Below, piece by piece: positions 47,368-56,278 of a stretch of 64,000 bases of DNA. The stretch spans positions 145,691 through 209,690 of the forward strand of contig DASTHW010000014.1 of the NCBI GenBank assembly GCA_035717985.1, in the 5' to 3' direction. The notes beneath the pieces are model-generated. The model worked only from the letters and a program-made list of their open reading frames with translations, was not told the origin of the DNA and ran no database searches. A program made the position numbers and the translations under genes. How positions within the stretch are numbered: position 1 is the first letter of the stretch; every line of letters begins with the position of its first letter. The DNA comes from Candidatus Saccharimonadales bacterium. Its GTDB lineage: Bacteria; Patescibacteriota; Saccharimonadia; Saccharimonadales; UBA10212.

Positions 47368-47808
47368 ATGTCCACCGAAAATAGCGGCAGTAGATTGGAT
47401 GAAATCTACTTCCTTAAAACTGAGGACGCCGCTGATCTTAGCTCGGCTAATCCGTTAGCTCGGTGGCGCGCCTTTGATCATTTGCCTGACTCACTTTCGC
47501 CGGCTGATATTGGTTATATTGCTCAGCACGTTCACCGAACACACTATTACGCCGGTGAGCGCCGAATCCGTGCCTACCAACGCCGGGCTATAAAATCAAT
47601 CGGCGACCTGTCTCTTTCAAGGACCTTGCAGAGCGAGGAGTCTGCCCCGGTAGCCGATATTGCTACAGCCGCCAGTGCGGCCGCTTGGCTGGAGCGAGGC
47701 TCACTTTTATCTAGATTTTATGCCAGACGCCTGAGGGCTAAAATCGAGACCGAAATTGTTGATTTTTCGGCCAAGCTAGATTCACCCCAAGGCCAAGAAA
47801 GCTTATAG
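47368..47808 (+). CDS. ORFan (146 aa) directly after fusA
   Basis: The ATG lies 5 nt after the fusA stop. There is no competing frame, no clear SD and no known domain. Confidence 0.5.
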   Translation: MSTENSGSRLDEIYFLKTEDAADLSSANPLARWRAFDHLPDSLSPADIGYIAQHVHRTHYYAGERRIRAYQRRAIKSIGDLSLSRTLQSEESAPVADIATAASAAAWLERGSLLSRFYARRLRAKIETEIVDFSAKLDSPQGQESL

Positions 47809-47856
47809 CTAAAATTCTTACTGCTCACGCGTCTAAGCGCTAACTATAATCGGCTC

Positions 47857-49386
47857 GTGAGGAGACGAATCTTAAGGCCTATCAGACCTATTTTTATTGG
47901 CGCCGGCTTTAAGGGCGTGACTCCGTCTATGGCTCTTCGCTCGGTTACTAGTAAAAACGGTATGGGCGTTTTTGCCAGCTCGGATCATCTATATAAAAAC
48001 GCCGTTTTTGGCCGCGATTCACTGGAAGTGGCCGAAGATTTAATGCCCATTCGCCGAAAACTAGTCGAGCGGATACTGCTGACTTTGGCTAGTCTGCAGG
48101 GTGAGACGCTAAACGAGGATAATGAAGAAGAACCCGGCAAAATTATTCATGAGTATCGCTCTAGCCGGATTGACGGTAAGCCGATAGACGATCACTCGGC
48201 AGAAATTCTGCGCCGGCTGAGCGAGCGCTGGGGTGGCACCACCAGCCAGCTGGCCTACTACGGTTCGGTAGACTCTACGCCGCTATTTTTGAGGGCTGTT
48301 TATTGGTACTGCACGCTTTACGGCAAGACCATTTTAGATAAGCGGGTTCAGTTACTCAGCGGTCACATCCAGACTTTTTCTAATGTGGTTGATAATGCCG
48401 CTGATTGGCTAGTTAACAAGATTAGCGAGAGTAAAAGCGGCTTGATTGAATACCACCGCCTGAACCCCAAAGGCATTGAAAATCAGGTCTGGAAAGATAG
48501 CAATGAATTTTACGTACATACTAACGGCCGTCCGGCCAACCATGCCGGCCCAATTGCCTCTGTTGAGGTTCAGGGGCTAGCTTACGATGCCCTGCTGGCC
48601 GCCGCCAAAATGCTAGACCATAGAGCCGATGAGTTAAATGCTTTAGCCGCTCAGCTCAGAACCCGGACGCTTGAGCTCTTATGGATTCCCCAGCTCGACT
48701 ATTTTGCTTTAGGGGCCGACTACGACCAAGATGGGCGCGTAAGACTAATTGAGACTATTACTGCAAACCCGGCTGAACTACTGGATACTACCTTTTTCGG
48801 TGGTATGCCTAGCGAGCAGGCTCAACGGATGATTAGTGGGATTGCCCACCGCATACTTGGTCCCGAGTTTTTAACTGACGCCGGCGTCAGAAGTCGCTCA
48901 TTATATGAGGCGAATCTAGTCTCCTTCTGGGATTATCACGGCAGTTACACCTCTTGGCCTAAAGAAACTTATGATATTGCCAAAGGCTTTAAGCGTCAGG
49001 GCCTGCCACGCCTGGCTTATGAGCTGGAGAATCGCCTGCTTAATATGACTCGGGCCATGAAGTCCTTCCCTGAATTTGTCTATGTAGACCTGCGCGGCCG
49101 GGTAATGGGCATGCCAAACCGCCGTACCAGCCACGGCCAGCTAGTCTTTGTCGATAGTAAAAATAAGCCCGAAAAAGTCCAGGCCTGGACGGTCTCGGCT
49201 ATTACGGCCATTAACGCCGCCAAACGGCCCAGAAAATTTAAAACTAGCGATAGCTGGCAGGCCAAACTTGAAAGCGAGATGCTAGCCGACATTCCACACA
49301 TGCCAAAACTTAAAACTCAAAAAGAACTTTCTGCCCGCTATCCAGCCTACCCCTATAAATTGATTGATAATCAGCTAGTCCAGTAA
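47857..49386 (+). CDS. amylo-alpha-1,6-glucosidase / glycogen-debranching-enzyme C-terminal-domain-like six-hairpin glycosidase
   Basis: 509 aa with GDE_C-type motifs (VFGRDSL, PGKIIHEY, QVWKDSN). The start is GTG 47857 (6 nt after TATAAT) or ATG 47929. Confidence 0.7.
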   Translation: MRRRILRPIRPIFIGAGFKGVTPSMALRSVTSKNGMGVFASSDHLYKNAVFGRDSLEVAEDLMPIRRKLVERILLTLASLQGETLNEDNEEEPGKIIHEYRSSRIDGKPIDDHSAEILRRLSERWGGTTSQLAYYGSVDSTPLFLRAVYWYCTLYGKTILDKRVQLLSGHIQTFSNVVDNAADWLVNKISESKSGLIEYHRLNPKGIENQVWKDSNEFYVHTNGRPANHAGPIASVEVQGLAYDALLAAAKMLDHRADELNALAAQLRTRTLELLWIPQLDYFALGADYDQDGRVRLIETITANPAELLDTTFFGGMPSEQAQRMISGIAHRILGPEFLTDAGVRSRSLYEANLVSFWDYHGSYTSWPKETYDIAKGFKRQGLPRLAYELENRLLNMTRAMKSFPEFVYVDLRGRVMGMPNRRTSHGQLVFVDSKNKPEKVQAWTVSAITAINAAKRPRKFKTSDSWQAKLESEMLADIPHMPKLKTQKELSARYPAYPYKLIDNQLVQ

Positions 49387-49472
49387 GATTTTGGCGGCGA
49401 AGATTAGCCTAATTAAAAGCGATTATTCTTACAGCCTCACCTTCGTATAGCTAATAGACTAGAGGCACATTC

Positions 49473-50621
49473 ATGAGAGTAGCAATTGTGGCTGACCCAT
49501 ATGTACCCATACCGCCTACCGGATACGGCGGCATAGAAAAGATAATTTATTATCTTATCCAGGGGTTGATGGAGCAGGGCCATGAGCCAATTTTGATAGG
49601 CCCGGGGGATTCAAGGGTGCCATGTGAGCTTTTGCCTACCTGCCCAAGAGCCGAGTTCTTTCCTAGTGACACAGCAAAACTGCCGGCTTTTGAAGCTAAG
49701 GTTAGAGATATTAAAAAGCGGAGCAGGAACATCATTCGAGAGATTTTGCCGCGGGTAGATATTATCCATTCGCACGGTTTTGATTTGTCTAGCTTTAGGG
49801 ACTATCCAAACCTAACTACCTTACATGGTCCGATTAATCTGCATCAGTTAAAGTACTATCATTCCGATATCAGAAAGAGTCTTTATTATGTAGCTATTTC
49901 TAAAAATCAGGCGGCGGCCCTGCCTAGCCTGCAGTATGTCGGTATCGTTTATAACGGTGAAGACCCCAAAGAATTTCCAATTATCCAAAACCCTGATAAT
50001 TACGTTTGTTTTGTTGGCCGCTTTGACCGCGAAAAGAACCCGCATCTGGCCATCGAGCTGGCGCTGAGCCTGGATATGAAGATAAAGTTAGCGGGTAAAG
50101 TAGATTTTCAGGGCCGCGACTATTTTGATCAGGAGATTAAAAAATATCTTGACCATCCGCTAGTTGAATACTTGGGTGTTTTGCCGCCGGAAGACAGCGC
50201 CAAGCTTATGGCGCACGCCCGCTGCAACCTTCATCCTACCGGATTTCGTGAGCCTTTTGGGCTGACGATTTTGGAGGCCGCCTATGCCGGCACGCCGACG
50301 TTGGCTATTGCCCGCGGCGCTCCGCCAGAGATTATCGAGGACGGCCGAACAGGTGTGCTGGTAGAGGACTTTGTCGAGGGGCATCATTTGCTTAACGATT
50401 GTTTTGAGATGGACCGTGCCTACATTGCCGCTCGCGCCCGCGCTCTATTTAATTATCAGGTCATGACCAAGCAGTACATCAGAGCCTATCAGAAAGTCAT
50501 CGGCCTGATGGGGATAAAGCGGGCTCAGCGTAGCAGACTGCAGAATTTAACCGCTAAAACAATTCGAGAACTGCGTCATATTTGGGAAGATTCGGTCGGG
50601 CCGCCGGATTCTAACGATTAA
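49473..50621 (+). CDS. GT-B glycosyltransferase, family 4-like
   Basis: 382 aa with the N-terminal GGIEK motif and a C-terminal E-x7-E region (EPFGLTILEAAYAGTP...GRTGVLVED). Confidence 0.88.
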   Translation: MRVAIVADPYVPIPPTGYGGIEKIIYYLIQGLMEQGHEPILIGPGDSRVPCELLPTCPRAEFFPSDTAKLPAFEAKVRDIKKRSRNIIREILPRVDIIHSHGFDLSSFRDYPNLTTLHGPINLHQLKYYHSDIRKSLYYVAISKNQAAALPSLQYVGIVYNGEDPKEFPIIQNPDNYVCFVGRFDREKNPHLAIELALSLDMKIKLAGKVDFQGRDYFDQEIKKYLDHPLVEYLGVLPPEDSAKLMAHARCNLHPTGFREPFGLTILEAAYAGTPTLAIARGAPPEIIEDGRTGVLVEDFVEGHHLLNDCFEMDRAYIAARARALFNYQVMTKQYIRAYQKVIGLMGIKRAQRSRLQNLTAKTIRELRHIWEDSVGPPDSND

Positions 50622-50684
50622 AGCTAAAGCCCTAGACTAAAAAATAATTGCTAAATCATCAAAATAAGTCTTATATATATTCTG

Positions 50685-51632
50685 ATGAGAGGTGAGGAGA
50701 AAACAGCTTTTGGCTTTCCAGGTCAAGGAGCGGATTATTCGGAGCTGGTCCGGGACTTAACCGACGAGAACATTGTAGGTCAGGAAACGGCCGATATTGC
50801 CAATGAGGTTATTGGTGAGGTTAGTGACGCCTCGGAAGTAGATGTTTTAAAGCTGGCTCGAGAGGGCACTGAAGACGAGCGGGTCGACACCAGAAACGCC
50901 CAAATTATTCTACTAGCCGGCGGTGCCGCCGGGGCGGCCTACTTAATGAAGAAGCGAAAGATTAACCCAGATTTCGTGCGGGGCCATAGTGCGGCCGCTT
51001 TTACGGCGGCGGCCGTCGGCGGCGCTTTAGCTTTACGTCAAGCCGCCATTGCTATCAAGGAACGGGGCATTTCGATGCATGAAGCGTCCATTGAACATCC
51101 AGGTGGGATGGCCGCCGTTAAAGACATCTCTTTAGAGAGACTAGATACCATCTGCCAAAACGTCGGAGCTTTTATCTCTAATTTAAATTCACCTATTCAA
51201 ACCATTATCGCCGGACCGCACGAGGCGCTGGAGGAAGCCAAGAAGAAAATTACTCAGGCTGGCGGCAAAGCTACGCTTTTCCGTAATTGGAAAGCCGGAA
51301 TTGCTCATACACCCCATGTAATGGTGGTCCAGGAGAGGTTAAATGAGATCCTGGGACCCAATATCGTCAGCGACTCAACAATTGCGGTAGTTAAAAACAG
51401 AGATGGTAAAGCCACCAAAGAGGCTGAGCAAATCCGCCAAGACTTAACCGCCGCCGCCGAACAGGTCAGATGGGCCGCCGGCACCGAGACTCTAGATGAG
51501 GAAGGCGTAGTCCGGCATATAGAGGTCAGCTCTAAAAGCAAGAGGGTTATATCCAATCTGCTGAAGGAGCATGACCTGAGAGAAGGCGTCGAGATTGAAC
51601 ATATCAGCGAATTAATGGACGAGGAGAAATAA
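50685..51632 (+). CDS. divergent FabD-like acyltransferase (malonyl-CoA:ACP transacylase fold)
   Basis: 315 aa with FPGQGADY (canonical GQGSQ), GHSAAAF (canonical GHSLGE), ERGISM and AHTPHVM. It appears to have its own promoter with the ATG close to the -10 box. Confidence 0.75.
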   Translation: MRGEEKTAFGFPGQGADYSELVRDLTDENIVGQETADIANEVIGEVSDASEVDVLKLAREGTEDERVDTRNAQIILLAGGAAGAAYLMKKRKINPDFVRGHSAAAFTAAAVGGALALRQAAIAIKERGISMHEASIEHPGGMAAVKDISLERLDTICQNVGAFISNLNSPIQTIIAGPHEALEEAKKKITQAGGKATLFRNWKAGIAHTPHVMVVQERLNEILGPNIVSDSTIAVVKNRDGKATKEAEQIRQDLTAAAEQVRWAAGTETLDEEGVVRHIEVSSKSKRVISNLLKEHDLREGVEIEHISELMDEEK

Positions 51633-51636
51633 ACCC

Positions 51637-52638
51637 ATGAGTGAAATACCTATTATAATTGCCAGAAATCCCGGCCAGGGTTCACAGTATCAGGGCATGG
51701 GCGAGGTGGCGGGGGACTGCGCCTGGGCTCAGTATACTTTTGACGAGGCCACCGAAATATTAGCTAAAGATAACCGGCTGTACGAGGGTAGCCGTATTGA
51801 TATCCGTTGGCTGGTAACTGAAGCCGACGACGAAACGCTCGCTCAAAACCATCTAACTCAACTGGCCATTTTTGCTTCTACCATAGCCGCCCAACGGCGG
51901 CTGAGTGTCGAACAACCGGATATGGGAGCCGACATTTGGGCCGGCCACAGCATTGGCGAGTACGCCGGTTTAGTAGATGCTGGCGTTTTAAGTTTTGAAG
52001 AGGCTCTACTACTAGTTGATGCCCGCGCACGCTATATGACCAGCGCCGGAGATCTAGCCAGGGCAAAGGGTCAGGAAGGCGGCATTGGTGTAGTGATTGG
52101 CGATCCGGAGGCTGTCGAGAGATCGGCTGGTAAAAACGACGTTTATATTGCCAACTACAACAATCCTAAGCAGACTGGCGTATCTGGCGCTAAAGACGAT
52201 CTAGCCGGCGTTAAAGAGGAGTTTGGCAGTCGATATATAGAGATTCCGGTCAGCGAGGCGGTGCACTCTCCGTTTATGTCCTGGGCGGAATATAAGCTAC
52301 GAAATTACATCGGTGACGGCCACGACTTCAAAGATCCGGCTCCGGAAACTGTGGTTCTAAATTACACCGGCCGCTTTGCCGAGTCCGGACAGGAAATAGC
52401 TCAGAACGCGCCTATGCAGGTTACCAATCCCGTTATGTGGCTCCCCGGCATGGAGCTGGCACTGATTGACTACGTAGATCATGATAATGCTCCCCCGGTT
52501 ATACTGCTCGAAGTGGGCGCTAAAATGGTCTTAAGCGGTATAGATAAACACTTCGCGCGTAGCTATCCAAACGTTAAGATTGTCACTTTTGAGCAGGCTA
52601 TTAAGACCGGTCTAGACCCCGAAAGCCTAGCGGCTTAA
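51637..52638 (+). CDS. FabD-like acyltransferase (malonyl-CoA:ACP transacylase family)
   Basis: 333 aa with PGQGSQYQGMG, the GHSIGEYAGLV nucleophile elbow, an Arg in DARARYM and VHSPFM. The start lies 4 nt after the previous stop. Confidence 0.8.
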   Translation: MSEIPIIIARNPGQGSQYQGMGEVAGDCAWAQYTFDEATEILAKDNRLYEGSRIDIRWLVTEADDETLAQNHLTQLAIFASTIAAQRRLSVEQPDMGADIWAGHSIGEYAGLVDAGVLSFEEALLLVDARARYMTSAGDLARAKGQEGGIGVVIGDPEAVERSAGKNDVYIANYNNPKQTGVSGAKDDLAGVKEEFGSRYIEIPVSEAVHSPFMSWAEYKLRNYIGDGHDFKDPAPETVVLNYTGRFAESGQEIAQNAPMQVTNPVMWLPGMELALIDYVDHDNAPPVILLEVGAKMVLSGIDKHFARSYPNVKIVTFEQAIKTGLDPESLAA

Positions 52639-52819
52639 GCCGCCCCCCTTAACTAACCCTTGGCTAAGGTATTTACAATATAAGCGTTTTTCACTATACT
52701 TACGGGGTAATTTGCGCGTGAGTGGCTATTGCTGTTATGCGCTAAAATCATTATTTAATTTAAGACTAACCGGCTGGCGGTTACTAGAGTGACCCAGGCG
52801 GTGATAGAGGAGACAATAA

Positions 52820-54004
52820 ATGGCAGAATCCTTCGACCGAAGCAAGCCGCACGTCAACGTTGGGACCATGGGTCATGTCGACCACGGTAAGACCACTTTA
52901 ACCGCGGCTATCACCACGGTGCTAGCGAAGCGCCTACCATCGGCAGTTAACAAGCCGATAGCTTATGATCAGATCGATAACGCGCCGGAAGAAAAACAGC
53001 GCGGTATCACCATCGCTACTTCACACCAGGAATACGAGAGCGAAAAGCGCCACTACGCCCACGTAGACATGCCCGGCCACGCCGACTACATTAAGAACAT
53101 GATTACCGGTGCCGCCCAGATTGACGGTGCTATTTTGGTGGTCAGCGCCGCTGACGGCCCTATGCCCCAGACCCGCGAGCATGTACTTCTGGCTAAGCAA
53201 GTCGGGGTCCCCTCTATCTTAGTTTTTCTAAACAAGATGGACCTGGCTGACCCGGAGCTGGTTGAACTAGTCGAGGAAGACGTCCGCGACCTACTGGCAA
53301 AGCACGATTTTGACCGCGAAGCCCCCATTATCAAGGGTTCTGCCACCAAGGCTCTAGACGGCGACAAAGAAGCTGAAGATGCCATCATGGAGCTAGTCAA
53401 AGCCATGGACGACTACATTCCTGAACCAAAGCGTGAGCTAGATAAGCCGTTCATGATGGCCATTGAAGACGTTTTCTCCATCAAGGGCCGTGGCACCGTG
53501 GCTACTGGCCGCATCGAAACCGGCATAGTTAAGGTTAACGACGAAGTTGAAATTGTTGGTATCCGTCCCACTACCAAGAGTGTGGTTACCGGCGTGGAAA
53601 TGTTTAAGAAGAACCTAGACCAGGGCCAAGCCGGCGACAACGTTGGTATTCTGCTCCGCGGTATCGAGCGCGACGACATCGAGCGCGGTCAGGTGCTAGC
53701 CAAGCCCGGCACCATTACTCCGCACACCGAATTTGACGCCGAAGTCTATATCCTAAACAAGGAAGAGGGCGGCCGTCACACCCCGTTCTTTAAGGGCTAT
53801 AAGCCGCAGTTCTACTTCCGCACCACAGACGTAACCGGCGAGGTAGAACTACCGGCCGACAAAGAAATGGTCATGCCTGGCGACACCGTCACCTTTAAGG
53901 TAAAACTACTGGCCCCGATCGCCATGGAGCAGGGCTTGCGCTTTGCTATCCGCGAAGGCGGACGCACCGTCGGCGCTGGAGTTGTTACCAAAATCAACAA
54001 GTAA
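52820..54004 (+). CDS. tuf: elongation factor Tu
   Basis: 394 aa with [18 protein letters not shown] and NKMD. It has a GAGGAG SD and a TTTACA-17-TATACT promoter about 130 nt upstream. Confidence 0.97.
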   Translation: MAESFDRSKPHVNVGTMGHVDHGKTTLTAAITTVLAKRLPSAVNKPIAYDQIDNAPEEKQRGITIATSHQEYESEKRHYAHVDMPGHADYIKNMITGAAQIDGAILVVSAADGPMPQTREHVLLAKQVGVPSILVFLNKMDLADPELVELVEEDVRDLLAKHDFDREAPIIKGSATKALDGDKEAEDAIMELVKAMDDYIPEPKRELDKPFMMAIEDVFSIKGRGTVATGRIETGIVKVNDEVEIVGIRPTTKSVVTGVEMFKKNLDQGQAGDNVGILLRGIERDDIERGQVLAKPGTITPHTEFDAEVYILNKEEGGRHTPFFKGYKPQFYFRTTDVTGEVELPADKEMVMPGDTVTFKVKLLAPIAMEQGLRFAIREGGRTVGAGVVTKINK

Positions 54005-54005
54005 G

Positions 54006-54287
54006 ATGATTCACAGTAGAGAAGGTCACCCTATTTCGCCAGAAGCCCTGAGCGCTAACAGAGCCAGAGTTGGCTACGTTATGGAAAAATGGGGTCGCCT
54101 TCGTGAGTATTATCAACCAGAAGTTGATGGTTTGAGCAGTCCGAATGTGCACTTGCGTGAAGCCGTCACGCCGGTTACGGCCACAGCCGTAATAAGGGAC
54201 ATTAACTCGAAATATGGAGTCTTTTTCCTTCGCGACAGTGAAGTTGCGCATAAGCTGGTGAGGTCACAGGAACAGGTAGAGCTTTAA
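54006..54287 (+). CDS. ORFan (93 aa) intercalated between tuf and rpsJ
   Basis: The ATG lies 1 nt after the tuf stop. Its TAA overlaps the rpsJ ATG (TAATG). No known domain and a weak SD. Confidence 0.5.
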   Translation: MIHSREGHPISPEALSANRARVGYVMEKWGRLREYYQPEVDGLSSPNVHLREAVTPVTATAVIRDINSKYGVFFLRDSEVAHKLVRSQEQVEL

Positions 54288-54622
54288 TGGCAGAGTCTAA
54301 AAAAACTGAACCGGAGATTAAGCAGAGGATCCGTATCCGCTTGAAGGCCTATGACCATAAGGTCATTGATCAAAGTGCCAAGCAGATTGTTGATACGGCT
54401 ATTCGCACCGGCGCCAAAATTGCCGGCCCTATACCGCTACCGACCCGCAAAAGCACCTTCACGGTGGTTAAAAGCCCCCACGTCTACAAAAAAGGCCGCG
54501 AGCAGTTTGAAATGCGTATTCATAAAAGGTTGATTGATATCACCGATCCCACACCCAAGACAGTAGATTCTCTAATGAACTTGTCTCTGCCGGCCGGCTG
54601 CGACGCTGAAATAAAGATGTAA
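54287..54622 (+). CDS. rpsJ: 30S ribosomal protein S10
   Basis: [26 protein letters not shown]...GPIPLPT. Confidence 0.95.
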   Translation: MAESKKTEPEIKQRIRIRLKAYDHKVIDQSAKQIVDTAIRTGAKIAGPIPLPTRKSTFTVVKSPHVYKKGREQFEMRIHKRLIDITDPTPKTVDSLMNLSLPAGCDAEIKM

Positions 54623-54637
54623 TTAACCTTTGAAACT

Positions 54638-54676
54638 AAAAAAAGACGAGGCTTCTTCGGCCTCGTCTTTTTTCTT
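54638..54676. terminator. strong bidirectional rho-independent terminator after rpsJ
   Basis: AAAAAAA-GACGAGGC-ttcttcg-GCCTCGTC-TTTTTT. Confidence 0.85.
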
Positions 54677-54694
54677 GAAAAATCTGTCTTGCTA

Positions 54695-54871
54695 TCAGTC
54701 GTTCTCGGCTGGTTCGGCTTGAAGCTTAGCCAAAATTTCCGGTGGGATTTGATTAAAATCAAAGCCCTCGGCCCCCGCCTTCGCCAGCTGATAAATCTGG
54801 CGCCACCGGGCTAGGCTGGCACCGGAAATCTCCCCGGACTCATTATCAGAATTTGACGGCTTTTGCTCCAC
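54695..54871 (-). CDS. possible 58-aa ORF (below ORF-track cutoff)
   Basis: My own translation is VEQKPSNSDNESGEISGASLARWRQIYQLAKAGAEGFDFNQIPPEILAKLQAEPAEND. The GTG start lies 15 nt downstream of the 54887-55834 gene. Weak evidence. Confidence 0.3.
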   Translation of the reverse strand: MEQKPSNSDNESGEISGASLARWRQIYQLAKAGAEGFDFNQIPPEILAKLQAEPAEND

Positions 54872-54886
54872 GGTAGACTATCAACC

Positions 54887-55834
54887 CTAATCCACTAGGC
54901 GTCGGTATTCAGCCATAAAATCGGCCGCCGGTCCCTCTTCGTCACTTAGCTTGTCGACGGACTTGGCAATTGCTGAGATGGTAGCAAGTTCAATTTCTCT
55001 ATCTACTAAAGCCTGGTCTAATGCCTCTGCCAGTTCTGCCCGGCTGGGCTCGTCTGCCAGCAGGGCTCTAACGGCTACATCTTTCAGGCCTGGGCTTAAA
55101 ATTACGAAATTGGGGTCAGATCCGGCCAGCATTTCATTAACCGGTTCATCCGGCAGGACCACAGCTGAGCTTTCTAGGTATAAATTATCAATCCGGCGCC
55201 GGAGTTCATCTAAAAATATTGTTTTAGATTTACTACCTCCGGCCGGCGGCTCCATCGGCTCGCCAAAAGCCACTCTAGCCGCCCGCCGCTGGCCGCGTTT
55301 TAGTGGGTTGTCCTGCCCGGAAATCGCCGCCGGTACAGTCGGGGCATTATGCCGGCGAGCAAAGCTGGCGACACCCGGCTTGAAAGGGCCAAGATTAGGC
55401 CGGGGATCAGATTTTCGTAAATTTTTATCGCCGCGGGTTTCTTCCGAAAAAATACCCACGGCTTTGCCCTCAGCCATCGGCCGGTCGACTGCCCGGTAAT
55501 TATCCCCGGAGAAGCCGTGGCGCTTTATTTGAATTACGCCGGTATGTTTAAAGAACCACTGGATAAATGGGTTAGATGAGTAGTCGTCGCGGGCCACCAT
55601 AAGTAAAGCTCTGTCGCGTACCGCAAGAGGAAGTGTTAGGGAGTCCAAGAGGGAGCGGTGATTAGAGGCTACCAAGACGGCTCCTTCACTTGGTATATTT
55701 TCGCGCCCGCTCACCTTAAGGCCCAGGGCCAATTGGGCCAGCGGCTTATATAAGCAGTAAGCGCCCGTATACGTTAGCCGGTTCCGCCGGCTATCCAGCT
55801 CGTTATAGCGCCATAAAATATCAATTCCGCTCAC
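54887..55834 (-). CDS. LPLAT-family acyltransferase with ~100-aa C-terminal extension
   Basis: 315 aa with HxxxxD (NHRSLLD) and an EETRG-like motif. GTG start, tightly following the upstream basic-protein ORF. Confidence 0.8.
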   Translation of the reverse strand: MSGIDILWRYNELDSRRNRLTYTGAYCLYKPLAQLALGLKVSGRENIPSEGAVLVASNHRSLLDSLTLPLAVRDRALLMVARDDYSSNPFIQWFFKHTGVIQIKRHGFSGDNYRAVDRPMAEGKAVGIFSEETRGDKNLRKSDPRPNLGPFKPGVASFARRHNAPTVPAAISGQDNPLKRGQRRAARVAFGEPMEPPAGGSKSKTIFLDELRRRIDNLYLESSAVVLPDEPVNEMLAGSDPNFVILSPGLKDVAVRALLADEPSRAELAEALDQALVDREIELATISAIAKSVDKLSDEEGPAADFMAEYRRLVD

Positions 55835-55836
55835 TT

Positions 55837-56157
55837 TTACCTATTTTTATACTTTAAAAGTGCTACTGGCAAGCTTAAGAGCTTTTGTCTTAATAAACAG
55901 AACTGGCCTTTTAAGCCAGCTCTGCTTTCTTGCTTACTCGCTTGGACTTCAAGAGGTTTTTGCCTTCTTGAGGTTGAGATAGCCCTCCTTCTCAAAAACT
56001 TTTTATAGTTTCTTTGAATTTTTGTGCTAACAGGCTGTAAGCGCGAATTTTGTGCCTTGGCGAGAGTTCTTTCTGCCTTTTGCTTCCGGACGCTTTTGGG
56101 CTTTGAAGCCTCTTCCTTGGCTTTTATAGCGTTTAGGGGCACTTTTGATGACCCCAA
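55837..56157 (-). CDS. possible highly basic K/R-rich protein (106 aa)
   Basis: Only TTG or GTG starts are available. GC is lower than average. No domain, and the composition resembles nucleic-acid-binding tails. Confidence 0.4.
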   Translation of the reverse strand: MGSSKVPLNAIKAKEEASKPKSVRKQKAERTLAKAQNSRLQPVSTKIQRNYKKFLRRRAISTSRRQKPLEVQASKQESRAGLKGQFCLLRQKLLSLPVALLKYKNR

Positions 56158-56278
56158 ACAGCAGGGCTCCAGCTTTTTGGAAGGAGCACCTATTTGGCAA
56201 AATACGCTTAAGCTTAGCTTAAGTCAAGCGATAATGCGACATACCCAGGCCTTAATTTAGCTGTATAATAACTATTCA

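Noticed and set aside
54520-54762. 80-aa minus-strand ORF
   Set aside because: It runs through the bidirectional terminator and into rpsJ. A shorter in-context 58-aa candidate (54695-54871) is reported instead, at low confidence.
54951-55499. 182-aa plus-strand ORF
   Set aside because: It is an S/A/R-rich antisense shadow of the minus-strand acyltransferase, which has clear HxxxxD family motifs.
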